A DNA stretch of 61,910 bases, filler included. It is 5 parts of 5 records of this genome, joined end to end, with 100 filler letters (N's around TTAATTAATTAA, not from the genome) between each part and the next. Parts side by side here need not be neighbours in the genome. Positions count along the whole stretch, not along the records: positions 28,863 to 44,207 come from DRR378314_2360; positions 44,308 to 56,546 come from DRR378314_2361; 3 more parts are not named here. The stretch is one strand, 5' to 3'. Under the pieces are notes generated by a model that did not search any database, was not told the DNA's origin, and was given only the letters and a program-made list of their open reading frames with translations. Of the stretch, positions 41,435-50,621 are shown piece after piece (positions within the stretch are counted from its first letter, which is position 1; the number at the start of each line of letters is the position of its first letter). The translations under genes were made by a program, and so were the position numbers.

Positions 41435-42355
41435 ATGCCGTCGCCACGCCTAGGCGCGCTACGCATCAGCGCCTTTGATCGCACTTCCACCGAAACTCCC
41501 ACATCGTTCAACTCTGCTACTTCTTCATACTCGACACCGTGGAAACGATGGATCTATCATGCGATCTTCCTCTTCTTCATTCAATCCGGCATGGTACTTC
41601 TTCTCTTCACCATCGTTCCCGTGCAGCACTTGCAAGGCACAGGAATGAGCACACCGCTGTGGCCTAAACAGTTCACCGGGAGCGAGTGCAAGGTGCTTCA
41701 CTACCGTGTAGAGGGTATTCAAAGCCACGGCATGGCGCATTTGTACCAAAACATGGTTTACGAAAATGAAAAGCTTTTCGGCGCGCATGAAGGAGGCTGT
41801 TCAATGTTGATTGACTTCAATGAGAATCAAATCCTAACCTCTCCTGTAGAGGCAGGGTCGAGCGCGTGCAGAGCCATGCAGCTGACGGCGTTCACTTCTG
41901 CGCGTGCACGTTTCCACAGTGCTGAATGGTGGCACCAATTTGCTTTCGAGTTGGACTCGATCGTGGACAGCCTTCAATATCGCTCGCAAGAACAATGTTC
42001 TTCTCCACTGCAGACATGTGATTTTGAGACGAGGCCATCACCGTCACTGTGCAATGTATGGCAGGGGCGAGCGTGCTTTCAAGTGTACACGATGGAACCT
42101 CGCTGCGGAGACGTGGTCGTAGAATGGGAAGCGGGTGGCAACGTACCCTGGAGCGTGGCGATTCATGTCGACACTCCAGTGCTGTACCGTACCATCGAAA
42201 TCCAGACTTTCGCAACCTTTTTTCAGATAAACACAGGACATGCTCCTGGCGAGCGCTCCGTGGTTCCTGTGCTGTCGGAGTCGTGCGTGCAAACGGACCT
42301 TTCCCTGGAGGTGGCCCGACCAAATAACTGTCTCAAGCCGTTCCTGGATCTGTAA
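41435..42355 (+). CDS. Hypothetical Cys-rich membrane-anchored protein (may have further exons)
   Basis: 306-aa ATG ORF with hydrophobic IYHAIFLFFIQSGMVLLLFTIVPV; no recognised family. Confidence 0.45.
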   Translation: MPSPRLGALRISAFDRTSTETPTSFNSATSSYSTPWKRWIYHAIFLFFIQSGMVLLLFTIVPVQHLQGTGMSTPLWPKQFTGSECKVLHYRVEGIQSHGMAHLYQNMVYENEKLFGAHEGGCSMLIDFNENQILTSPVEAGSSACRAMQLTAFTSARARFHSAEWWHQFAFELDSIVDSLQYRSQEQCSSPLQTCDFETRPSPSLCNVWQGRACFQVYTMEPRCGDVVVEWEAGGNVPWSVAIHVDTPVLYRTIEIQTFATFFQINTGHAPGERSVVPVLSESCVQTDLSLEVARPNNCLKPFLDL

Positions 42356-43175
42356 AAATGTGGCGGTCACGGTACACCGAATATGGAATGCGCACGTGTG
42401 GTGCCCAGACGATCGACGGATCAAGGCTTTCACTCTCGAATACGCTACCTCCTTGTGCAGCGAACACATATCGTACTCTGAAATCCGAAAATCGGACGAT
42501 GGAAAGTAAAAGGGGAAGGGTTCGAATGTCCCTTGGCTCTGGCGTCCACCAAACGGCACCAGTTTCCAAGAGCGCCACGCATCTCCTCCTGTATCGCCGA
42601 CAAACGAGTCAAGGCACCTCGTGCATTCGATACCATTCCATACTACCGTAGGTACCATTTGCGAGCACGCAGAGAGAGCAGATACCACACTGCTTATATT
42701 ATCCACGTCTCAAAGAGTGGCACCCCGCAGTTCGAGAGGCGCCCGCTACACGCCGCTCGCAGCGGCTCGCTGATGCAGGCTGCGTTGGAGCCCACTGGCT
42801 ACCGGACAGTGCTAGCGCGCACACGCGGCTATTTGCAGCCCTCCGTGACACGCGCGACAAAAAAAATGTGTGTGCTCTCGAGGTTTCGAGAAGCACCGTT
42901 GCGTAGATTGCAGTGCAGAGCATACATACGCTCGTTATTAGCACTCGCACATGTGCGTGAGCATCAAGGCAAGAAACTCTCTGGCGGTCGTCAATACAAC
43001 CAAACATGTCAACCAGTACTCCCCGCCAATCGGGTACGTACGCGTACCCTCCCGCTACGGTTCAGTGATGAAAAAAGGAAGATCCGCTGTATGCTTACAC
43101 ATTTATATATACACGGTCCTTCGGGAAAAAAATGCGCACTGTGGCAAAGCATGCGCCATGTCTGGCACCTCCCCC

Positions 43176-44207
43176 TTACGCGTCTTTCCCGCGAAGGGCC
43201 AACTTTCCCGCGGAGGACCCTCCCAGCCCCACGACGGCTTCGACGCTGCGCCCCGCGGCGTCACGAATGCTCACATCAGCACCCCTCCTCACGAGCACCG
43301 CCACCAAAGCTGCATACAAATAACACGAACGAAACGAACGCGCGAAAGAGAACATTGAAGAAACAGCGACGTACAGCAGTGCAAGAAGCCGCTGCGGCGG
43401 CGCCTCGTCCACCCTGTACCCGCCATGCGAAACAGTGTCGCTCTCTCCTGGCAAAGCACTGCGCCCTATCGGTTTCGCGAGGGAAATCCATTCACGGCAA
43501 CACGCAACCCGACGGAACACCTCGTCTCGTGTGTCAGATCTCTCCGTTCTCCTTCACATAACGTATGGATGCAGAACAAATAATGCCTTCGCGTGTTTGC
43601 ACAAACACGATTCCAGTCCTCTCCCCCTAGACCCGCAGCATCCACCCCAGTGCTCGCGCGAGTGAACGCACGCGCTGTGCCCGCGGCTTGTGCAACGCAA
43701 GAGAAGACACGCACGCCATGCACCGTACCGTGCAGCTGATTTCTGGCAGCAATATGCGCTGCTGTCGCCAAGTCGCCGTCCTGTGCATTTACAAACTCGC
43801 GCAAACCGCGCTTTCCATCGGCCTTTCCGACTGCGCTGCAGATTTCTTCGATTGCCGACACGGCATGTGTCCCGCCACGAACAGCGATTCGATGAAGACA
43901 TGTTGCGCCCAGACCGTCCCTCGCCGTAGCGCTTGCGCCTTTCATGAGTAGCGCCTGCACAACTTCAATAGGAGCTTGAGCATCGAGTGCAACAAGCAAC
44001 GCAGTTTCGCCAAGCATATTGCATGCGCTAATGGCAGCACCCTTTTCAAGAAGGACACTGCCGCAAAAAACAAAACAAAAATCCCCGGACATCATCAGAA
44101 ACAAAAGCAAAAGGCCATCAGTACGATGGATAGCGTGCATACGGAGAAAAACAAAACACCGTTCGTGCGAAGATTCACATGGAAACGCGGTAGCACACGG
44201 TGAACGC
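43176..44207 (-). CDS. Ankyrin-repeat protein, 5'-truncated, spliced
   Basis: NMLGETALLVA...LLMKGASATARDGLGATCLH, VNAQDGDLATAAHIAA and LVRRGADVSIRDAAGRS. Confidence 0.8.
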
Positions 44208-44307
44208 NNNNNNNNNNNNNNNNNNNNNNNNNNNNNNNNNNNNNNNNNNNNTTAATTAATTAANNNNNNNNNNNNNNNNNNNNNNNNNNNNNNNNNNNNN
44301 NNNNNNN
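44208..44307. other. Artificial contig linker
   Basis: N44-TTAATTAATTAA-N44. Confidence 0.99.
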
Positions 44308-44333
44308 GCCTTCGACCACTCGGCCACGTCTCC
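44308..44333 (-). tRNA. tRNA-Ser-like 5' fragment (anticodon not visible)
   Basis: Reverse complement GGAGACGTGGCCGAGTGGTCGAAGGC matches the acceptor stem and D-arm typical of bacterial tRNA-Ser. Confidence 0.7.
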
Positions 44334-44499
44334 GCTGACCGCTATACAAGGGGCTTTTACCTTTGAACAAGTGCAAAACCGACAGAAACTGAAAAAACCG
44401 TAGCACTTGCGATAAATCTCCGTCCGGCAGGCCGGTCGTAACGTGGTTTCCGAGAGGATCAGCTATTTTCGGGTCAACTGAACATAGTTTACAAATTTC

Positions 44500-44518
44500 T
44501 TGACTGATCGATCAGTTA
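44500..44518 (+). promoter_or_regulatory. Putative TetR operator overlapping a -35-like TTGACT
   Basis: Perfect 14-bp palindrome ACTGATCGATCAGT (44503-44516) about 35 nt upstream of the TetR gene. Confidence 0.65.
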
Positions 44519-44551
44519 GAATTTAGCCTGACAAAAACGGGGGGAATCATT

Positions 44552-45163
44552 TTGGCGGCGGGACAGGATACAAAAGCGCGCGTTTTGGACGCTGCGGAAA
44601 AGAACTTTGCTGCGCTGGGGTTTGCCGGTGCGAGCATGAAGGCAATCGCGCGGGATGCTGAAGTTGCGCAGGGACTGCTGCACTATCACTTCCACACCAA
44701 AGTCGAACTTTACCAAGGGGTCATTGCGCGACGCTCTGCGGCGATCAACGAAGCTCGTTTCTCGCGTTTGGAGCAGGTGGACATGCAGGCACCTGATGCG
44801 GTGGAAAAGGTGTTTGAGGCCTTTCTGGCCCCACCCTTTGATACAGGCGGCGTTGATACGGGGTATCCGCAGATGCTGGCCCGTTTGGTGGTTGGCGACG
44901 ATCTTGACCAGCAATTGGTGCGGGACAATTACGATGCCTGCGCGGAAAAATTCATCGACGCGCTTGCGCAGCTTTTGCCCGACATCGAGCGGTATCAAAT
45001 CGCCCATTCTTACACCACGGCCATCGGCGCAATGATCTCGGCCTTTTCCAATACCAAAAGGGCAGAAAGCCTCGCCAATCTGCCGAATGAACAACACGAA
45101 ACATCTGACGAAACGGTTCAGCGTCTGGTCAGGTTCTGCGCCGCAGGGACACGCGCATTTTGA
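44552..45163 (+). CDS. TetR/AcrR-family transcriptional regulator
   Basis: TKARVLDAAEKNFAALGFAGASMKAIARDAEVAQGLLHYHFHTK helix-turn-helix; TTG start after GGGGGAA. Confidence 0.93.
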   Translation: MAAGQDTKARVLDAAEKNFAALGFAGASMKAIARDAEVAQGLLHYHFHTKVELYQGVIARRSAAINEARFSRLEQVDMQAPDAVEKVFEAFLAPPFDTGGVDTGYPQMLARLVVGDDLDQQLVRDNYDACAEKFIDALAQLLPDIERYQIAHSYTTAIGAMISAFSNTKRAESLANLPNEQHETSDETVQRLVRFCAAGTRAF

Positions 45164-45216
45164 GACGGCCAAACACGGCAGGCCGCGTAATTTCTAATCT
45201 TGGAGGAGAGAAGACA

Positions 45217-46281
45217 ATGAAAACGATTTTGAACCTATCCGCTGTGGCTGGGGTGGTGATGGCGCTACAGGGCACAACGGCGCTTGCCGCTGATTACAGT
45301 GTTACCGCCGCCGCAGGTCACCCGCCGGTGTTCCGCTGGGTGCGTATGTTCCCCGACAGCTTTGGCCCTGCCGTTAACAAACATCTGGCAGGGCAGGGGG
45401 ATACACTGACAATTGACGGCCAATTTGGTGGTGCGATCGCCGGTGTTGGGGAAGAACTTGAAACCGTCGGGGCAGGGCTTGCCGAAATCGGCACCTGCCA
45501 GTCGCTGTTCGATCCGGCCAAGCTCGCCGTTCAGAACGTGACCTATTATACCCCGTTCATCACCGATGACACCAATACCGTCGCCAAAGTTATCAATGAC
45601 ATGCACCGCGACGATCCGCGTATGACAGCAGCCTACGAAGAGAATGATGTGGTATATCTGGGCGCGCCGATCATCATTGACGACTATTTGCTGATGACCA
45701 ACTTTCCGGTCAATTCGGTAGCCGACCTTGAGGGGCGCAAGGTTGCGGCACCGGGTGCGGCGCTGAACTGGTTGTCGGGCACTGGTGCGGTTGGGGTCTC
45801 CGGGAACCTGACCACCTATTATAATGAACTCAAGACCGGTGTATATGACGGCGTTATCGTGTTTGCATCGGCTGCTTTGCCGGGCAAGCTTTACGAGGTT
45901 GCACCCAACATCACCCGTGCAGGGATGGGGGCACAATATGCCGGCGCGATCTGTGCCAATAAGGATTGGTATGATGGCCTGCCAGAGCATGTTCAAGCCG
46001 CTTTGAAAGCGGGCGCAGATGAAGCCATGGAGTGGTATCTGGCGGATCTGAACGCAGCTGTCGAAACCTCCTTTGCCAAGATGCAAGAAGCGGGCGCTAC
46101 CGTTTCTGTCATGCCGCAAGACGCGCGCAAGGCCTGGGCGGATGGGATGGATAACGCTGCCAAATCCTGGGCGGAAGGTCTGGATGGTCAGGGCCTGCCG
46201 GCAACTGCGCTGCTGGGCGACTACATGAACGCCCTGCGGGATGCGGGGGCCATGCCTCTGCGCAACTGGGATCAGGAATAA
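45217..46281 (+). CDS. dctP: TRAP transporter substrate-binding protein (DctP family)
   Basis: Signal peptide, GGAGGAG RBS, PVNSVADLEGRKV and YNELKTGVYDG; followed by small and large permeases. Confidence 0.9.
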   Translation: MKTILNLSAVAGVVMALQGTTALAADYSVTAAAGHPPVFRWVRMFPDSFGPAVNKHLAGQGDTLTIDGQFGGAIAGVGEELETVGAGLAEIGTCQSLFDPAKLAVQNVTYYTPFITDDTNTVAKVINDMHRDDPRMTAAYEENDVVYLGAPIIIDDYLLMTNFPVNSVADLEGRKVAAPGAALNWLSGTGAVGVSGNLTTYYNELKTGVYDGVIVFASAALPGKLYEVAPNITRAGMGAQYAGAICANKDWYDGLPEHVQAALKAGADEAMEWYLADLNAAVETSFAKMQEAGATVSVMPQDARKAWADGMDNAAKSWAEGLDGQGLPATALLGDYMNALRDAGAMPLRNWDQE

Positions 46282-46290
46282 ACTGAAACC

Positions 46291-46854
46291 ATGGGAAACC
46301 AACCCAATATTGAAGCGCTCAACACCGGAGAAATTCCCGGTGTTGGCCGCATCCAGCGGTCCATCCTGTCTGTGACCCGCGCGATGAACATCGTCGGATC
46401 ACTGCTGATTTTCGCGCTTGTTGTGCTGATTGGCATTGACGTGGGCGGCCGCAACCTTTTTGGCATCCCGCTGTCCGGTGTGCCAGAGATGGTCGGGCTC
46501 TCGATCATCGTTATCGTATTCTTACAGGCCCCTCAGGCGCTTCAACTGGGACGTATGACGCGCTCGGATACCGTGCTGAACCTGTTGAGGGACCGCGCAC
46601 CCAAAGCGGCCCGACTGGTCGAAACCCTGTTTGATCTGATGGGCGTTTTTGTCTTTGGGGTCATCATCTATGGCACCTGGCCGATGTTGCAAAAAGCATG
46701 GACCAGAAACGAGTTTGTCGGTGCCGTTGGCGATTTCACGGCACCGGTCTGGCCGGTACGGGTGGCTGTTGTGGTCGGTTCTGCTTTGCTGATGCTCAAC
46801 TTCCTTTTGCATATCGTGAACCGGTGGAAAGGGGCGCGTCATGACACCGTTTGA
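46291..46854 (+). CDS. dctQ: TRAP small permease
   Basis: Four TM helices, DVGGRNLFGIPLSGVPEMV and PVWP. Confidence 0.88.
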   Translation: MGNQPNIEALNTGEIPGVGRIQRSILSVTRAMNIVGSLLIFALVVLIGIDVGGRNLFGIPLSGVPEMVGLSIIVIVFLQAPQALQLGRMTRSDTVLNLLRDRAPKAARLVETLFDLMGVFVFGVIIYGTWPMLQKAWTRNEFVGAVGDFTAPVWPVRVAVVVGSALLMLNFLLHIVNRWKGARHDTV

Positions 46855-48145
46855 TATCGGGCTGATCGCCTTGATTGTGATGGTCTTGCTGGTACTTGCC
46901 GGGCTTTATATTCCGGTCGCTTTGATGATCACCTCATTTGGCGGGGTCTGGGCCATCAAGGGCAACAGCGCGCTGGCGGTCAAACTGATGGCATTGGCGG
47001 CAAATGATGCCATCGCGAATTACTTCTTCGGCATTGTGCCCTTGTTTGTATTGATGGGGTTCATCGTTGCGGAAACGGGAATGGGGCAGGACGCCTATAG
47101 CGTGGCCAATGCGGCGTTCCGACGGATTAAAGGCGGCTTGGGCGTGGGCACGGTTGCAGCCAATGCAATTTTCGCCGCCATCACCGGCATCTCGATTGCC
47201 TCGGCTGCGGTGTTCACCAAAATCGCGGTGCCCGAAATGATCCGCCATGGGTATTCCCCGCGCTTTGCAACTGGGGTTGTGGCGGGCAGCTCGGTGTTGG
47301 GCATGTTGATACCGCCCAGCCTGCTGTTGATCCTATTCGCGATCCTGACAGAACAATCGGTCGGTGACATGTTTGTCGCCGGGGTCATCCCCGGGCTCCT
47401 GCTGGCAACCCTGTTTGTGGTTGGCATTCTGGCGACCGCCTATCTGGCACCGCATCGGCTGGGCAACATCAGCTACGCAGGCGGGGCGGATGAAGGGTTT
47501 GGCACGCTGTTGCGTCAGGGGCTGCCGATTGTTGCGTTGATCGTGATTGTCTTGGGCGGTATCTACACCGGGTTCTTCACCCCGGTAGAGGCCGGGGCCA
47601 TCGGCGCGATTTTCGCCCTGTTGTTCGGTGCGCTTTCGGGCAAGCTTTCATGGCAAAAACTGATCCGCATTCTGATTGATACGGGGCTGGTGACCGCATC
47701 GATTTGCCTGTTGATCATCGCGGCGCAAATCTATTCGCGGATGTTGGCTTTCTCCGGCCTGCCGGCAGGGTTGGCCGAGTTCACATCATCTGCTGACCTT
47801 GGATATTGGGGGCTGATGCTGCTCTATGTCGGGGTGCTGATCTGTATGGGCATGATCCTCGACAGTTCGTCGATCCTGCTGATCATGGTGCCAATCATGA
47901 TGCCGGTGGTGACGCCGATGGACATCAATCTGATCTGGTTTGGCATTGTCACAATCGTGGCGGTCGAGATTGGATTGCTGACGCCCCCCTTCGGCATCTC
48001 GGTTTATGTGATCAAGGCAACGTTGGATGACGACAGTATCTCCCTTGTCGATATCTTCCGCGGGGCGTTTCCCTTTGCTGTCCTGATGATGGTTCTGGTC
48101 GCGCTTCTTCTCTTCTTTCCGGTTTTGGCAACAGGACTTCTGTAA
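46841..48145 (+). CDS. dctM: TRAP large permease
   Basis: VPLFVLMG, LGMLIPPS, GFFTPVEAGA and EIGLLTPPFG. Confidence 0.95.
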   Translation: MTPFDIGLIALIVMVLLVLAGLYIPVALMITSFGGVWAIKGNSALAVKLMALAANDAIANYFFGIVPLFVLMGFIVAETGMGQDAYSVANAAFRRIKGGLGVGTVAANAIFAAITGISIASAAVFTKIAVPEMIRHGYSPRFATGVVAGSSVLGMLIPPSLLLILFAILTEQSVGDMFVAGVIPGLLLATLFVVGILATAYLAPHRLGNISYAGGADEGFGTLLRQGLPIVALIVIVLGGIYTGFFTPVEAGAIGAIFALLFGALSGKLSWQKLIRILIDTGLVTASICLLIIAAQIYSRMLAFSGLPAGLAEFTSSADLGYWGLMLLYVGVLICMGMILDSSSILLIMVPIMMPVVTPMDINLIWFGIVTIVAVEIGLLTPPFGISVYVIKATLDDDSISLVDIFRGAFPFAVLMMVLVALLLFFPVLATGLL

Positions 48146-48927
48146 TGACCCTTTCACGAAAATTCATCGATATCTCTGTCGCCCTGGAAGCGGGCATTCC
48201 GTCCGATCCCCCCATCATGCTGCCGGAAATCGATTACTTCGATCACAGCCAGACCGCAGGCCAGATTGCGGGTTTTTTCCCCGGCCTCAAGGATGACGAT
48301 CTCCCCGGCGGGGAAGGCTGGGCGGTAGAGACATTGCGCATCAGCAGCCACAACGGCACCCATCTTGATGCGCCTTATCACCATCATTCCACCATGAACG
48401 GCGGAGAGCGGGCGATTACCATCGATGAGGTGCCGCTGGAATGGTGCCAGAATCCGGGTGTGAAACTGGACTTTCGGCATCTGCCTGACGGGCATATTGT
48501 GACCCCTGCCGAAGTAGAAGCCGAACTGGCCCGCATCGGGCATGAGCTGCAACCATTTGATATCGTTGTGGTCAACACCTCGGCCGGTGCGAAATACGGG
48601 CAGGACGATTATCTTGATAGCGGCTGTGGCATGGGGCGTGATGCGACGCTTTGGCTGCTGGAACGCGGCGTGCGGATCACGGGCACCGATGCCTGGTCAT
48701 GGGATGCACCATTCTCGATTACCGCCCGGCGTTGGGCCGAAAACCCTGACCCCAGTATCATTTGGGAAGGGCATCGCGCCTCTATCGATATCGGCTATTG
48801 CCACATCGAAAAGCTGTCCAACCTCGAAGCGCTGCCTGCGACAGGTTTCACGATCAGCTGCTTTCCCATCAAACTTAAAAACGGCTCTGCGGGCTTTACC
48901 CGGGCTGTTGCGATCATTGAAGAATAG
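48145..48927 (+). CDS. Cyclase-family (kynurenine formamidase-like) metal hydrolase
   Basis: HNGTHLDAPYH (HxGTHxDxPxH), GTDAWSWD, HIEKL and GFTRAVA. Confidence 0.92.
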   Translation: MTLSRKFIDISVALEAGIPSDPPIMLPEIDYFDHSQTAGQIAGFFPGLKDDDLPGGEGWAVETLRISSHNGTHLDAPYHHHSTMNGGERAITIDEVPLEWCQNPGVKLDFRHLPDGHIVTPAEVEAELARIGHELQPFDIVVVNTSAGAKYGQDDYLDSGCGMGRDATLWLLERGVRITGTDAWSWDAPFSITARRWAENPDPSIIWEGHRASIDIGYCHIEKLSNLEALPATGFTISCFPIKLKNGSAGFTRAVAIIEE

Positions 48928-48936
48928 GACCCGAAT

Positions 48937-49869
48937 ATGGCCCCTCGTAAAGTTATCATCACCTGTGCGGTTACCGGCGCAATCCATACGCCAACCATGT
49001 CGGATGCCTTGCCCTATACGCCAGACGAGATTGCCAAACAGGCGATTGATGCAGCCGAAGCCGGTGCCGCGATTGTCCACCTGCATGCGCGCAATCCAAA
49101 GAACGGATCAATCTCGATTGATCCCAAGGATTTCATGGCCTTTCTGCCGCGCATCAAACAAAGCACGGATGCTGTGGTGAATATTTCTACCGGCGGTTCA
49201 ATGCTGACGCCCATCGAAGACAGGATCGCACCGGCGCGCAGCGCGTCGGCGGAAATGAGTTCGATGAACATGGGGTCGATGAATTTTTCCTTCCATGGGC
49301 TGGCGGACCGCTACAAGGAATTCAAATTCGACTGGGAAGAGGAATATATCCGCAATTCCGAAGGGTTTATTTTCCGCAATTCCTTTGCCGATATCGCACA
49401 GGTGGCGCGCCAGTTGGGCCATGAACATCAGGTGAAGTTTGAGCATGAATGTTATGATGTGGGCCACCTCTATAACCTTAAGTTCTGCCTGGATCAGGGC
49501 ATGTTCAAAGCACCGCTGTTCATCCAGTTTGTGATGGGCATTCTTGGCGGCATCGGTGCCGAGGTCGAAAACCTTGTGTTTATGAAACAGACCGCCGACC
49601 GGCTGTTTGGCGACAGCTACCAATGGTCTGTTCTGGGGGCCGGCAACGCACAGATGAAACTTGCGCCAATCGCTGCCGAAATGGGCGGCAACGTGCGGGT
49701 GGGTCTGGAAGACTCTCTGTTTATCGAACGGGGGAAACTCGCGACCTCAAATGCGCAACAGGTGCGCAAGATCCGCGGCATGCTTGAGGAACGCGGCTAT
49801 GAAATCGCGACACCGACCGAGGCCCGCGAGATGCTGGGCCTCAAGGGCGGCGACAAGGTGGCCTTCTAA
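48937..49869 (+). CDS. Beta-keto acid cleavage enzyme (BKACE/Kce, DUF849)
   Basis: IITCAVTG, AGAAIVHLHAR, STGG, ECYDVGH and GGNVRVGLEDS. Confidence 0.94.
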   Translation: MAPRKVIITCAVTGAIHTPTMSDALPYTPDEIAKQAIDAAEAGAAIVHLHARNPKNGSISIDPKDFMAFLPRIKQSTDAVVNISTGGSMLTPIEDRIAPARSASAEMSSMNMGSMNFSFHGLADRYKEFKFDWEEEYIRNSEGFIFRNSFADIAQVARQLGHEHQVKFEHECYDVGHLYNLKFCLDQGMFKAPLFIQFVMGILGGIGAEVENLVFMKQTADRLFGDSYQWSVLGAGNAQMKLAPIAAEMGGNVRVGLEDSLFIERGKLATSNAQQVRKIRGMLEERGYEIATPTEAREMLGLKGGDKVAF

Positions 49870-50618
49870 TGACAAATCTGGATCTGCACCTCTATCACAG
49901 CCCCTATTCCACGTGTTCACAGAAGGTCCGGCTTTGCCTCTGGGAGAAAAACCTGCCTTTCGAGGTGACCGAAATTCACTTCTGGAAGAACGAGCATCTG
50001 ACGCCGGAGTATCTGGCGCTGAACCCCAATGGCGTGGTGCCGACCTTGCTGCACAAGGGGGAGCCGATCATCGACAGTTCGGTCATCGTGGAATATCTGG
50101 ACGAGGTTTTTCCCGACACACCGATGTCGCCACCCGATGCCATGGGACGTGCGCGGATGCGGGCCTGGATGCGCTATCTCGAAGAGGTGCCGACAACCGC
50201 GATCCGCGTGCCTTCTTTCAACAAGGTCTTTGTGCAGCTTTGGCAGGATAAATCCGACGCCGAAATCGCCGCACAGGCTGATGCCCGTCCACTGCGCAAG
50301 GGCATGTATCAGGAAATGGGGCGACAGGGGTTTGGTGCGGATAAATATGATGACTCGATTGAACGTTTGTCGATGACCATTGATCGCATGGAAAAGGCGT
50401 TGGACAAAAATCAGTGGCTTTGTGGGGATTACATGATGCTGCCGGATATCTGTGTTGTGCCGACGATCGACAGGATGGCGGATATCGGCCTTGCCCATCT
50501 TTGGGACAATGCCCCCAATGTGCGGCGTTGGTGGGCTGCGGTCAAATCACGGCCCAGCTTTGACAAGACCTACTATGAGGGCAGCCGGGTCTCCAGCCGT
50601 TATGCGATAGAGGAATAG
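49869..50618 (+). CDS. Glutathione S-transferase (LigF/PcpC-like branch suspected)
   Basis: LYHSPYSTCSQKVR, LNPNGVVPTL, DSSVIVEYLDE, WLCGD..LPDI; extended C-terminal domain. Confidence 0.9.
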   Translation: MTNLDLHLYHSPYSTCSQKVRLCLWEKNLPFEVTEIHFWKNEHLTPEYLALNPNGVVPTLLHKGEPIIDSSVIVEYLDEVFPDTPMSPPDAMGRARMRAWMRYLEEVPTTAIRVPSFNKVFVQLWQDKSDAEIAAQADARPLRKGMYQEMGRQGFGADKYDDSIERLSMTIDRMEKALDKNQWLCGDYMMLPDICVVPTIDRMADIGLAHLWDNAPNVRRWWAAVKSRPSFDKTYYEGSRVSSRYAIEE

Positions 50619-50621
50619 GCC

